Assembly (NCBI GenBank): GCA_002189035.1
Contig: NEEC01000009.1
Coordinates: 744,001-808,000, forward strand
DNA: 64,000 nucleotides
Direction of reading: 5' to 3'
From: Utricularia gibba
Taxonomy: Eukaryota; Plantae; Magnoliophyta
The notes beneath the pieces are model-generated. The model saw only the letters and a list, made by a program, of their open reading frames with translations. It had not been told where the DNA came from and ran no database searches. A program made the position numbers and the translations under genes. Position 1 is the stretch's first letter, and every line of letters begins with the position of its first letter. Positions 13,955 through 28,600 of the stretch are shown here, piece by piece.

Positions 13955-14245
13955 AGAAATGAGCACGATTACGGGTTGACCCGTTACTCGTATTCATGGA
14001 AAACGGCTATGAATCGGGTCCATATTGCGTATGGATTCAGCTCATGGGTGACAAGAATTCATTAATAAAATATATTAATTTATACTTGATTCAAATAAAT
14101 GAATATATTCAAATATTGTTACAAAATAATAATATTATTAAATAAATTGAATAATGTTATTAAATATTTAAAATAAATTATATTTTAATTACTCGCGTCA
14201 AACTATGACTCGAGATGAATCGAGATACTCAACCGTTGACGGCCA
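13955..14245. mobile_element. Possible highly decayed MITE-like foldback element
   Basis: GC-richer ends (acgggttgacccgttactcgtattcat on the left; reverse complement of the right end reads acggttgagtatctcgattcat) flank a very AT-rich core. No target-site duplication found. Confidence 0.2.
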
Positions 14246-14609
14246 TGTTTTGAAAACCCGAGACATCGACCTGTGACCCGGCGGTCGAACCGGTACCGGC
14301 CGTTTCCTTTGTCCGTCTCCAGTCTGAAGCCTATTGTTGGGTTGGGCGTCAACGGATGCTAAAAATGTTGTACTTTTCAACTTTTGATTCGTCAGTGTAT
14401 GGATGCCCATGTTGTAGGGTGAAATGAGAAACCGCTGAACCCTAAAAAAGCTTAGGAATTTGAGTGCGTAGCCGGGCCTAGGGGAAGCAGGTTTCCTAGG
14501 GTTGTTGAATGAACAACAAATTCAGCGCATTCGTCTTTTTCTCATCGGAGTTGCCGAGTTTGGTCCGAAAGTCTAGTAATCTTTCAGTTGTCGTATTGTT
14601 GTTACCAGG

Positions 14610-16011
14610 ATGATCCGGGTGAATTTCTTCAACGCTTTCTCGTTCGTGCTGGCGTTTACATTGATCATCCTCGGCCTGATTGATTTTATTGAATTCCCAT
14701 ATGCGGATTCTGCTGCTCATATTAACGGGAATTCGGAAGTCGCAATTCTTGTTGGAAATGCCACTCCAGAGCCCTTCACGGACATGTTCAAGGCATTTGA
14801 GGAGTGGGATTCCCAAGTGGGATGTGCTCGATTCATTGAAAATCACAGGGATTTGGAGCGGGACGTTTCAAAAACATCACCTTTGCAGGATGCAGAGGGG
14901 GAAACCCAGTGTAGCTTATTGAAGATGAACCATGTGAGTGTGTTGGTCAAGGCGTGGACTTGGATTCCTGATGAGATGGACAATTTGTACAGTTGCAGAT
15001 GTGGGCTGACCTGCTTATGGACTAAATCTTCACTTCTTGCTGATAAGCCTGATGCTTTGTTGTTTGAAGGCGCTACGCCTCCATTGAAGGTATCTTCTTC
15101 CCCAAATCTCCGATCTCTGTTATATGCCTGGAAATCATACCTTGAAGAACAACAAATCACGGTCCATGAAGCTTGTTACTTGATGTTTTCTTTATAGAGA
15201 ACAACTGGAAATCCCCTATTCGTGTACATGGATCTTGAGGCCGGAAGGAAGAGAAGTGGCTATGAAAATCTTTTCGTCAGTTATCATGCAGGAGATGATG
15301 TCCAAGCTACTTACGCTGGAGGCCTCTTTCATAAAAACCGAAATTATCATTTGTCTTCCCACAAGAACAATGTAAGTATTGTTTCCTTGATGCCCATGCC
15401 CAACTTATGCCTGCTGAATTTGAAGTAGAATTCTCTTGTGATCCTCAAAGGACATTCTGGTGTACTGGTCTTCATCTCGTTGCCTGCCACAAAGAAACGA
15501 GTTGGCTCAGAAGGTTCTTAGTTTGCTGCCGCACCATTCATTCGGGAAGTGCTTGAATAATGTTGGAGGAATGGACAAAGCTATCTCCATGTACCCTGAC
15601 TGCAGGAAGGACCAGGATCATAAGCCAAAATGGTGGGATCATCTCCACTGTGCAATGTCCCATTACAAGTTCGTCCTTGCAATTGAGAACACCATGACTG
15701 AGAGCTATGTGACTGAAAAGCTCTTCTATGCTCTAGACTCTGGATCAGTTCCCATCTACTTTGGTGCACCCAATGTATGGGATTTTGTGCCTCCAGGGTC
15801 GATAATAGATGGGTCAAAATTCAGTTCCATGGAGGAATTAGCCTCCTATGTGAAGACCCTGGCTAATGATCCTGTTGCATATGCTGAGTATCATGCCTGG
15901 AGGAGATGCGGAGTGACTGGTGTGTACAGAGAGACTCGTGCCGCTAGCCTCGATACGTTGCCGTGCCGTCTGTGCGAAGCTGTGAGCAGGAGGAATGGGA
16001 GAGATGCATAA
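14610..16011 (+). CDS. FUT13: Alpha-(1,4)-fucosyltransferase (GT10, Lewis-a type)
   Basis: N-terminal transmembrane anchor, LVKAWTWIPD..YSCRCG, YMDLEAGRKRSG, GT10 motif YKFVLAIENT...YVTEKLFYALDSGSVPIYFGAPN. Exons about 14610-15089, 15199-15371, 15451-16011. Confidence 0.95.
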
Positions 16012-16605
16012 GCTTGGTGAACTGGTTTCATTTGAGAGGACAGCATAGTAGGCAGCAGCAGCAGTAACTCATTGTACCCATGGTGTCAACATATATGATT
16101 CCCAAAATTTTGAGGTTGGGTGGAATACCAACTTTTTGTACAAGATTCAAGTGATTTCACCGTTCCTTTCACACTGTTCTAGAAGGCAATGGACTCCAAC
16201 CAATCCAGCCTCTTGTCAAGCGCAAAATGAGAAACAACAATGAGCCACACCACAGCACTTGTAGTAAAAAATGCACTGGATCTGTAGTGTAGGAACTTGA
16301 AGGCAAACAGAGGTCTACAGGGATGTATCTGTACACGTTCCACTCGTTGTACAGTTTCCTTTTCACAAACAAGAGCCAAAACTTCACTTACCCTCGAGCT
16401 GAAAAATGAGAACTGATCTCAAGCTCACTTGTAGTTCAGTTCACCATTTGTGGTAACAACCACAATCTGCCCTGGTTTTGAACTCGAATCAGCAAGGATT
16501 CCTGTCGAACTATGGCACGATGCACCTATGTGAAGGCTCGGTTCGCTGTTTCAATGGATTTGGATGTGATAGGAGAGGAAGTCGGAGGTCATATGGTAGT
16601 GAAGG

Positions 16606-19600
16606 CTACATCAGAGGGAGATATGCACCTCCATGTCCCTTCCTCAAGATTAGGGGACCAGCATTTTCTGGAACCTTATCCAACACCTTGTTGCAGGCAG
16701 TGATTATATCATCGAAGCCGGTGGCAGCAATGGCCATTTGAAGTTTTAGCCTGAAGTCTCTGGTCCGTTTCAGTAAGGATCTGAATGATCTGTTAAGGTA
16801 CTTTGCCCAATCAGCTGGCAACCCACCTCCACTCAGCCACACTGAGAAGTGGGATTGACCGCCCCTAGCTTGCATCTCGAGCTTGTAAAATCGTGCTAGC
16901 TCGAGAAGCATTGATGGCTGTAGAGGCAGGACAGCAACAAACTCATCTAGAAATAGCTCGGTACTTTCTGGATGGAGCATTCGTTCCCACAGCACCAGCG
17001 CCCATTCCGTTGGCTGGTTTAGACCATAGGCTTCAGCAACAATGACTGCTTCTGGAAACCGGGTCTGCTGTACTAGCACCCTGCGTGCATTAGTAGGAGA
17101 GAGGTGAAGCCATTTCATGTCGGGCATTCTTATCTGCAGGGACACGAGTGATGCCTGAGCACATGCCGAGCGAGTTCTACGACCAGCATCGATTGAGGAG
17201 TAGAACTCAGCAGCTTCAGTGAAGTAACGTAGCGACTCCAAAAGGTCAAACGTTTGATACTTGTCATAGAACCAATATTGAGAGTATTGATTCCCTCGAA
17301 ACTCCAAAAGAGAAGCAGTGTCATACTTCATGTCAAAGTGGCTATAGACCTGAAGAAGCAGTCAAATAAAAAAAACGCATTAGGATACTTTTGCATTTTC
17401 CAGCGAAATGGGGATTCAGACAGAATGAGAATGGCCATACCAAAGCAAAAGAATCAAAATCAGTAGGATTCAACTGCTTGAGCGATGTGAGCACGGCCAT
17501 TCGAAATCCTCGAATGGCATCGGCTGTGCTGTTATTAGCATTGGCGGCAGCTGAGTATTTTTGCAGTAGGAGCTCCACTTGGCCATTCTCAATGAGAATC
17601 CCGAGTATGAAATTGAGAGCATGGAAGTTTCCCACTCCTGTTATCAAGCGAGCAAGACATGAGAAATCGTTGTCCCGTACATATGCATCTACCCTGGTGG
17701 CAGCAAGAGTGACGAGCACGTCAACTCCATCTAGGCAAGATGACAACTTATAGAAGTGGTGGGACAATATAAGCAGTTCAACCTGCATAAAATGAGCAAA
17801 TTTTTGTGATTCCACTGAAAATGAATAAGAAAGATTTGAATATGGACATTATTTGCATATTGCGACAGTTTAGATAAATGATACAAATAAGAATATCACG
17901 AGAAAGGTGTTCAATTTGTGATCGCTTTAAATCCAAGTTCTCAAGTTCTAAGGGTCGGATTACACAATCAAAGCGTGCTGTTAGAAAATTGACAGTTACC
18001 TCACACGCATGTGGTACTTCTTGTCCAGTTATAATTAATTTCATTAATGCGTGCCCTATTTCAGACTGAGAAGGACAAAGCTCAGCCCATTTTAAGAAGT
18101 CCGAAAATCTCCACAGCAGGGGGGCTGGCCCTTCTTCCTTCTGCAAATCAATGTATCCCCCACGATGTGCAGCTAATAGACCCTGAAAGACGGACAGGGA
18201 GGGCTGTGAATGCATATTGACAAAAAAAATATTGTTCAGATAGATTTAGGGAAATATTCTGTCTCAAAACCATAATCAGTTTCACCCCACATTACTAGTG
18301 CAAAAAGTTTCAAGTAGAGGTCACCAATCACCTTCAGAAATGATTCTGCTAGAATTTGTGCAATACTAGCTGCCGGCATTGGGTGTGTTTGAACTAAAAG
18401 TTTGGCCTCCTCAAAGGATTCCTGTGCTTTCAGGGAAAGTAATCGCAGCAATTCAATAGGCTGCTTTTCAAATGCCTCCGAAAAAACAAGGCCAAGGACA
18501 TTGGCAGCTCTCACGACAGATACTATTCTCTTGCATAGTCCACGCCCTTTTCCTTCCCTTGGAATAATAGCCAAACTCTCTAACACCTGCATTGATGACG
18601 ATAGAAAATGTGCACTCATTGCAGCTAACAGTAAAAGAATGGTTCCATGTACAAAACTCGAAATACATTTTTACTGGATTTCACGGCATGTCAATGATTT
18701 TCCATTCTAACCCAACAGCGTCAGGATAGGATTACCCGTTAAAAAGAGGAGAAAAAAAGGACCAAATGCAAATAGGATGTACAAATTGGCTAAAATCGAA
18801 AATGCTTATTGTCACCTTGTTAAAAAAACGCAGGAATAATTGTTACCTTCACTGGATCAATTTCTTGATCATTAGTGGGAATATTCCATGATTCAATGAC
18901 TAACCGCACACTGTTTTCTAACATTGATATGCGAAAATCAATGTTGGGAGTTGAAGCAGCAGCCAGTTTCAGAGCAGCATCTATAAGTAAAAATTCAGAT
19001 GGAGTACTTTCAAGAGATAACTTGGCTTGCAACTGTCTTGCAGCAGTTATTTGACCAAAATCCAACAATGACAAAACAGCCTTCTCTAACTCAGCGTGCC
19101 CAACTCTTTCCTCCCACTTCCATGATGATGCATCTACTTTGAAAAATTCATCTACAATCTGAGGGTCATCTCTGAGATTTGTGCCAACAGATTCAGAATA
19201 AGTCTTTTTATCCATTGCATCACTGACAGGTTTTCTTGACAATCCAATTCCTTTGGCTCTCCTCTTTGTCCTTGATGCCCCAGGAGCACTAGAGAAGCCA
19301 GGATCAGCAGCCTGTGGAATTCTAGAATATTCATTGTCATGTTCATTCTCCAATGATTTCATCCGCCAGGCACTTAGATGTTTATCAATGTTTGCAATAA
19401 TACTTGCAGTTTGATCTATTAAGTTAGAATCATTGCTGGCGCCAAGTTCCCTGTCAGGGCAGTTGAAAGCATATTCAGTCTCACTCTTGACTTGAGATTC
19501 TGCTTCTACAGCCAAGAGCCACACCCTCGTCTCAATATCTCGAAGTAATTGCAATGGACAACACCTGAACATATCTATTTAATGTTACTTTTCAGGAACC

Positions 19601-22600
19601 AAAATGTTCAACACCTAAAGCAAGAGTCTCACATGTTTGTCTGAGTAATCATTCCACTCAGCCATTGCAGAGCGAGCAGCAACATTTTATGAAGTTCTCT
19701 CGCTGGAGTACCGCTTTCAGCTGTATCTGCGTGCTTAAGAAAAAATTGCCCAGCCTATAGGCAGGCATGGAACTGATCAGCTGATAGGATAGAAAAAAGG
19801 TAATTTTCAATAAAGCAGTAAAACAACGTGCTATCTTGAAAGGGGTCATATGTCCCTTTTCTTTCAACCACCAAAAACCATAAAGAAGTGAAAAATAGTG
19901 GCAATTATATATCAAAAACTTGAACAGCTAAACGATTTCTGAACCCAATACTTGATAAAGCATCACCTTTAATGCAGGATACGAAAATCTCATAAAAAGT
20001 GTTTGACAGTGGTGCCACAGAGCAATTCTCTCTTCTGGAACGTCCCATAAAAATTCCTTCCATTCAGCCACCATAGCTTCAGCCTGCGAGTACATATAAG
20101 AAATGAAACCAAATTCAAAATCCTTGTCATGGGCTAAACACCAGACGATGGCCAAGCAAATGAATAAAAACCACATAGTGGGCTTGAGTATTCATATTTC
20201 CAAGTGTCAGGATATTAACTGTGGTTTTTGTTGTTGTAGATACTAAAATACATGTAATTCAGGAAAAGGACAGGTTGAGGGATTATCTCATGAATCATCA
20301 TGAAGAAAATGGATATTTTTTGTCCAGGTAATGTCAACTCATTCACATTCAAAATACAGAGTTTGTAGCAATGGAGATTCATATCCATAAAGTACAATTC
20401 CAGGAAACTAACTCAGAAATGAATATGAGAAGAAAATAGAAAAATACCTGCATTTCAGTTACATGATCAGTTACAAAATTCCAAGATGGTTCCCCACTAG
20501 TCTCCAGCTTCTTTGCCCAACCGCGTGCTTGCTCCCAATATCCATTCTTTTCTAATGCGCTCAAAAGTGAAGCATCATCAAAAGTTTTATTGCCAAGAAG
20601 GGGGAAGCCATCACCCCGCAAATTAGGTTCTCCCACATCTAATTTCCAAGACTGTTGCTGATATCTCATTGCAATTGACCCTGCATCACCGAAGTCAGTA
20701 TTTGCAAGAAGCTTTAACAAGCATTTTTTTTCGTATACAGATGGGCAATTCAGAAGCATGGCATCAGCAGCTTTGACAGCAGTGGAAATAGTCCATGAAA
20801 CACCTAATTGCACTTCCGCATCCCAGCTTGCATGTGCAAGGGATCCCTCTTCCTTAATTCTGATGGAAAAAAATCCAAGATGGGCTGTAGCATCAGGAAG
20901 TCGCATTTGTGAGAAGGCCTAGGAATGAAAATGAAATCCAGTCTGTCAACTGTTTATTTTCCAAAATGCCATCCAAAGAAACATGCACAAAAAGCATACA
21001 CAGGCACCATAAAATGGCCGTGGTAGTAAAATAAAATCAACATAATAATCAAGAAAAACAGGCATGGAATATTAGCCAAATGAAGCCATAAACACCGCCA
21101 TCAAAATAATCCAAACAAATCAAACATACTCATTTTTCTCAAAACGAAAAAAGAAAAATTCAAATTTATTCATTTTCTCCCAACAAATGTTTGTGTAAGG
21201 CACTCATCAACTAATTATACTTCAAAATTCCAAATCATTAAATCAGACACTCCCCGCAAGAAGCGGGACTGAAGCACATTGTGTTCCTAGACAGAAATCT
21301 GGGAGTCCTTTAGAACCAGAACTGAATGCATGCATGTAAGATCTAAATCCACCTATACGAGAATCAAGTCACTAGCTCATTTCAGTTCTACCAAACCAAC
21401 CTGAAGACCACGAATAAAAGGTAGCACTGAGCATGAGGGAAGAAATATTTCAAACGCTTGAAGCAGAGGGAGGAACAAGTTTTGTTCACAGAGAACAGCA
21501 ATCATTCTTGACAAGGAACTCTTCAAGGTATTTGAATCCATAGAGAATATTGTATCCTCAGCATTTGGATTATTCTCTTTCCCTTGAGATACAGGAACTT
21601 GCAGTTCTGGAGCAGCATAATCTTGAGAAGGATGACAAGCTTTAGAAACAAGCGATTCTAGAAGTATGGGTTCAACAAGACGCCTGCGTTTTGATTTTTT
21701 CCGGTTGTGACGGAGAATTACAGTTCTAGAATTAGCAGGAAGTGAATTAGTAGCCTCCACAGCAGCTCCAATATTTTTCGCTATCTGGGATGCTATGTCA
21801 TTAACCTTGATTGTAGATGTCTCCCTGAAGAGCAAGTTTTCCATTTATATTCCCTCAAATGTCAGATAAAGCAGCAGAAGACAAAACAAGAACTCTTTGG
21901 GCAAAGAAAAGCCTTCAGAAAAAAAGAATGAAGAGAGACTGCCCAAATCAAGCAAAACCTCTTTTCTCCCCGATGGGATTTTAGAATAAATAATAAAAAT
22001 AATAAAAATTCAAGACACTGAATCGGAGTTAAGAAACACAACCTTGCAGTAGTTATTTCCAGCCAAACTGTTAGGCAGGACAACAAAGAGACATCATGAA
22101 AGCAAGATGCTATTACGGCCAAAATTGACCAGCTCAAATGCTTTGCTTTCTGAAGAAGAGCTTCCCCAGGTCTTTCCTGCTTTTCACATTCCGCTATTAT
22201 ACCAAATAATTCATTTGGAATGCATAGGTTTTGGTCTTCAGCTTCTCCTCTAACACTGCTCTTAGCAGTATCCAAGTTTGGAATACTAATTTTTCTTTTT
22301 AACTGCATATTCTTCAGAACTGTCAATATGTGAGTCTTCAAACGTGGATCACCAAACTCTTTTGAAGCCTGTCAAGTCACAGAGAATGCATCAGCAACCA
22401 TTAACTTGGTTTTTCCTTGCTTTTTTATTAAAAAAGGTGCAAGAAGATATTTTTTTCTGCAAGATAGTATTTCTCCATACCACTTGGATCACTATTTCAA
22501 GAGGAAACCTTCCAACTTGCGCCTCAGACAAGAACCCAACCTAGTAGAAGGTTCATGAATGAAAACGTATTTCAATCAATGATAAGAAAAATTGAGATTC

Positions 22601-25600
22601 ACGTGGCACAAATATTATAAAAAAAATTAAATAAAAAAATCATACCCAATCGTTATCCCTTGCTAAAACAGCAAGGTACTTAGTGCTTGGGGAATGCCAT
22701 GCACCTTACAAAAAGCTGTGACCAATTTCCAGCGCTCACTTGCGGCTTTCTGATCAGACCTCAGCAAAACTCCATTCCCATTTCCATCCATTAACCAAGA
22801 ACCACATGTCAGTTCACTGACTGACGCTGGAAGGCTTGCTTTTTCCAGGTGCTGCAAAACGAGCTGCAGAGTTTGGGATGGCGTGTTGGAGATCCCAGTG
22901 TCACCCTCAGCTTTATTCATGACGCTAACTACACCTTCATGAAGATAATAATCTGAAAGTGCTTGAGCAAGAGATATCATCACATCAGTTTCAACAGATG
23001 GATCCAAAATAGGGATGCTATTATGTTTCCTGTACTGATCACTGGCAGCAGATTTATAGAAATCAGATATTCTTTTCAACGTGGCAACATCAACTTGAAG
23101 AGTGCTAGCAGATACACCACATAGCCCCAGTACAAACACGCATGATGAAACCAATACATTGTCATCAAAATGCTCAATGGCAAGAGGCATGACCTGAAAG
23201 TCAGATTGGGCAAAAACACGATGAGAAATGGATTTTCATACAATCTATAGTTTGAAAACATTGGTTGCTGGATGAAAAGTCAAGACGGATATCTTCATAT
23301 CTAGAATACAACCATTTCAGAAAAATGTAGAATTCACTGTGCCAGGGATGCCAGAGCAAATTGGCTGAGAAAGAAAAACCCAAAATGATTTGCTTTTGTG
23401 GCCAAATTGTGCTGTGTTGATTAAGTAAATAATTCGGGTATCTATAATAGTAGAATTTGCAGACAACACGTCAAAAAATGACTACTCCCATCCCAAACAA
23501 CATAATGACTCCACACTTACGGATGAAAGAAGTGAGACTTCAATCTCTGACAGTGGCTTCAGGATATTCTGTACATCCATATGGACATTAGGTTGGCCTG
23601 TTAACGGCGCTTCAGATTTCACACTCTCATCACTGGACTTCAAATTATGAACCCTGGCTGAAAGGAGATGACTGAAAGCACTAAATGCACGGCCACGATG
23701 CAGATGATGTTGAAGTCCAACCTCAGCTCCCTGATTGCAGTGAATAAAAAAAATAATGTAAATTAATTACCCATGAAAGGAATATATAAATCCCAAATCA
23801 AAAGAAATTAAAGGAACGGAAATTAAAATTTACAGATATATGAGTTTTCGCCAGAAAAAAATAAATACCTCTAGAGAAGAAGCATAGAGCTCCTCCTCTA
23901 TATGTTTCTGGATTGCAGCTTCCCAGGACGATGCACTGATCTCTGCATGACCACTGGAATTAATGACATAGTAAATGTCTCTCAGCATTGATAGTTCATC
24001 AGTCCCCAAGTCAGCCATGCGCCAGCAAATTGGACCCTGCTCGCATAGAAAATATAGGTAACAATGAAAAGCTCACTTTGTACATGCGATGCTTCCTCAG
24101 GATGTCAGTTTCAGTCTAACCTGAACATAGAGCTGAATCAATCTGCGGACTCCCTTAGGAAACCAGTATGGAACCATCTGCAGGATTGAAGTATCCTGCG
24201 TGGAGGAGAAGAAAACACCTTCCCGCCAGTGCATGTATTCCAATAAATCAGAATACCCTGACACTGCATATCATGAAAAAAAAAACATAATAAAACAAGA
24301 TGACAAAATGAGAGGGTTATTACACGAACTAAATTGTCAGATTAGGGTTTAAGAAATTTTGCCTTTTGTCTTAATGGCCACACTGATGCCAGCAAAACAT
24401 GCAGTTACTAGTGTCTTCCACAAAGTAGGGAACCCATGAAGGGCTGGTCTGAGGTTTTCCAAGGTGCACTGAGCAGAGCTATACCACCTATTCACACTTC
24501 CACTGCTTAGGCATTCTTGTGGAGGAATCGGAGCAAACATCAAGGTGGCTAGGGATGCCATTTCCCCAGCTACTTCTGCTATGTCATCAACGGCATGAAT
24601 GGTGCCACCATCCCCCAGATCAGTATTTTTATGTCCAGGTACTATGTTATGGGAAGCAATTGCACGTGCATTTGAGAATGATGCATCATATTCTTTTCCC
24701 TCAACCCTCAGCAAGAGTAAACATTTCACCCACTCATTATCACCCTATGCAATGAGTGAATGATAAGCTCATGCACGCGAGGAAAGATACTATCATAAGC
24801 CAACCCATGTTTCTAAAAGCATGCAATAAATGATGCATAAATTTTATATAACAACAACCTTAAAGTAAAAATCAAGATAGGAACTGCCAACCAATTGTAC
24901 TTACAGCTGCATCCAGGAAAAATGATAGAGAATCCTGGTCAAGTGCCAACTGATGAGCATCAAGATAAATGTCCAGGAGACGAAGCAAATTATTCTGGGA
25001 ACTGAAGCTTATCACAACCTTATGCAATGCACGGATAGCCTCCAGACTAAGTGAACTATCATCATTAACAACTATTACTGAATCAAAGGTATCACCACCA
25101 CCCTTGTTCGTGGGAAATGTATCATGCGTTTCAATCAAAAAGCCAGATTGGGCCAGCAAAGCAGAAATCTCTGCGGTATCAGGCCAGTAATCAGTTAAAA
25201 AGATCAATCTTTGTGCAAGCTGCTGTTCCATAAGTGTCCTCAACCACACAGAGGCCATTCTATTTGCACCAATCCTGAAAAGCTTTATAGATGGGACATT
25301 TATAGATGCTTCAACTCCATCTAATTCTTCGAGATAACTCATATTGAGATTGTCACCCAAGCAAACGTGTAAACTTCCACGTGATAGTGCATACGGTGGA
25401 AGTATCTCCAGCAGCCTAGAAACTTCTAACCAATCATTGTGGCACATGGAGAACTCAAGTTGTGATTCCCAAAGTAAATGGACTCCCATGAGGAGAGGTT
25501 GGCCCAGCAATATCTGAGGAAGGGCAAAATTGGTGAGCAGTTTATTTGATAAAAACACCTACGGGACTCCTGAAAAGCAATGCAAGCCAGTTTCATGAAA

Positions 25601-28600
25601 TAAATTACAGGTCTGCAGCCTTTATACACCAAAGATACTGGAAGCGAGGTTATGGAAACTTCAAATGTTCGCAAGTGCCCATGAAAAAGGCTAAGTAGCA
25701 TCCATACCCCAGTTAAAAAATGGTCAGTTAGTTTCTTTTTCGTCCAGAAAACTATTATCTGCTTCATGGAGCGTCAAATGGGATTTCCATGTAGCTTAAG
25801 CTGCTCTCTATACACAGCATGTGAAGCATGTTAACGAATAGGGTTTTTCAATCCACAAAAGGCGTTTTCACCTCTGGAGAGTTAAGAAAATCAGGGCAAT
25901 CATTGATCTATAAGTTGCTCAACTCAACCCCGTTCATAGATCCAACAGCACTATAATATCTCTCCAGAAAGCCATGTTGAGCATGTTAACGAACAGGGTT
26001 TTTCAATCCACAAAAGGAGTGCCACCTCACTGGAGAGTTAAGAAACTTTCGACAATCATTGATCTAAGTTTGCCTAATTCATCCCCGTTCTTCAGGTCCC
26101 ACAGCATTATAATATCTATCCAGAAAATTCTGAAAGATAAATCGAATGATTGAAAGTTCACTTGTACCCATATACAGATCAAGACACTACCATCGTACAA
26201 ATAAGAGTCAATGCAATGTTGTATACAAAGACATGAAAAGCCATTTTTGTAATAAAGACCAGGAAGCATAAAACTCACTCGATCAATGACTCTTCGATCC
26301 CAGGCATCTGCCCATGCTACAGCTGCAGTCCAATATGCAGAATGACTGCTGTCGTCATCAGGTTCAAAAGACGTACCATGTTTATCCAGATTCGTCCAGG
26401 GCCCCAAAACAACACCATCCACATCACCACACGTGATGTTGATATTCATTTGTGGGTGCAAAAGATGTAGAACCAACTCTTTCCCCACTTCTGCATTAGA
26501 TGTTCTATTGAGCTCTGCATTCCGTGTCACTAGTGCACTGAAGAAGCTGCTGCAAGGATATATCCTCTAGTGGAAGAAAACAGCACTGTTAGCTCAAAGG
26601 TGTTCTTTTAGAAGCATATATTTTACATTTCCAGAACGTATGTGATGCAGCTCAGTACCTCTATCAATGCCATCGTATCCAATATTTTCAATTCATGTGG
26701 TTCAAGGCATACATATCTTGACATCCCTTCAGCAATGAACTTCCGAAGTGATCTTCTTAATGTGCCAAAAACCAGGTTTTTAAGGACAATTTCAACATCT
26801 TCCCCAAGCTTTTGCAATGTAGTCACAGCAAGCCCAAACTCACCCTATACAATGTGGAATATATCAACCAGAAAATTAAAGCACGCATTCTTATCACATT
26901 TAAAACTAACCAACCTTCAGGAAAAGATCATATGCAATTGCTCTTCCCACAGTCCGAATATCACTAAAAGTATCGTGTGTTTCTGTGTCTGGTAATGCAT
27001 TGTGTAAACGATGAAGATGCAGTGTAAGAACAGCCAATGGAAGCCTACCGGAAAGCAATGCATCTTTAACAACAGTATTAAGGTCCATATAACTTAAATC
27101 CCAACGTGCTATCATGTCCTTCGGATTCTCCACTTTTACAGTCCTTTCACCAATGCCATTCCCTTCAGCAAGTACGACTGCATGGTCAAAACTCAGCAAA
27201 TCCGTGCACTCGGAACCATCTGTTCCTGAAGATACGAAAGCACGTTTGTCACCAGTTTGAAGTTCTGTTCCAACTGCAGGCCCTCCAGTAAGAGCTGAAC
27301 CATCCAAAAACAAGTCACTTCCTGCAACAATTGGGTTTTCCAAACCACCCTCAGGCAAATCCGCAGGAGCCAGGTTTGGCAAACCTATATTGTCCATCTA
27401 AAGAACAAAGGAATTTAGTCATATATGCTAGGTTGCTTAATTTAAGTAGGTGTGTTGAACAGCCTACCAGTATCAGGCCAAGCTTTCCATGTCTATCATT
27501 AAGCTTCCTGCACAAACAGCGAATGACAACTAAAAGCTTAGCCATATCCCAAAGGTTGTTTGAACCTCCTGATTTACCATATTCCTTGTCAACCAACTCA
27601 TATGGCTGAGAAATACTATTGTAACTCCAAGCATCCCATGACCTTAGAGCAACATTGGTAAGATGAAACATGCCATATTCATGAATGGCCGTAGTTGCAT
27701 AGCTGGTGGCTAATGCTAGAAGCCTGTTGACATTTACTGCACTCTAGTTATTATACATCAGCAAAATCTCAGAAAAGAGAAAAAAAAAAGACAGAAAAAG
27801 TGCCAAGATACTTAAGCACATACGATGTTATCATTATCAGAATGATCAGAATTGCACTGACATGAAAACAATAAACTATGGCTCTCTAAGACAAGCGTTT
27901 AGATGATTCTTGAAAGATCAGGTTTGAAAAAACTGAATACTCGACTCTAAATCCAATCCTAATCCATATAGATATTAAGATGTATAATCACCTGAAGAAT
28001 AAGAATTCAAAACATCGTCATCAATGCATTTTTTATTGACCCACACAATAGTAATTAAAACAAACATATGCTAATCATAACGCTCAAAAGAAGTATATGA
28101 ACGATAATAAGAGCATCCTCTAGACATTAAATATGCATCAACTACAAAAACGATGTGTTCCATACCTTGATGCGGAAAAAACCTCACTGTCATTCCTTAC
28201 ATGGTAAAGCATCAAATATACTGTTGTAAACAGCAATTGTAAAACACCCTCCACTGCTAAATTGACCTCCATGAGCATTTCTAGAGAACTGTTAATTAAA
28301 ACAAATGGCAAGTTAGATTATGAGCAAAGGAAAAAGAAAAAAAACAAACAGATGAATACAGATTTGGGTAAAGGAATGTGAATCATACTTCTGAATTTGG
28401 TCAAACTCCAGGTAATTTAGAGCCAACTGAAGGTGTCTGATCCGAGTGGCCCCCAAATTCCATCCTGAAAGCATTACAATCACTTCTTGTCTCTATTAAA
28501 TGTGTACAGATTTGTACACGAAAGAGAAAAAGTGCATGGCATGGTTAGAGGAAAGTAAATGCATTCACCATGGAAAACAAGAATGTATTATCACATTAAA

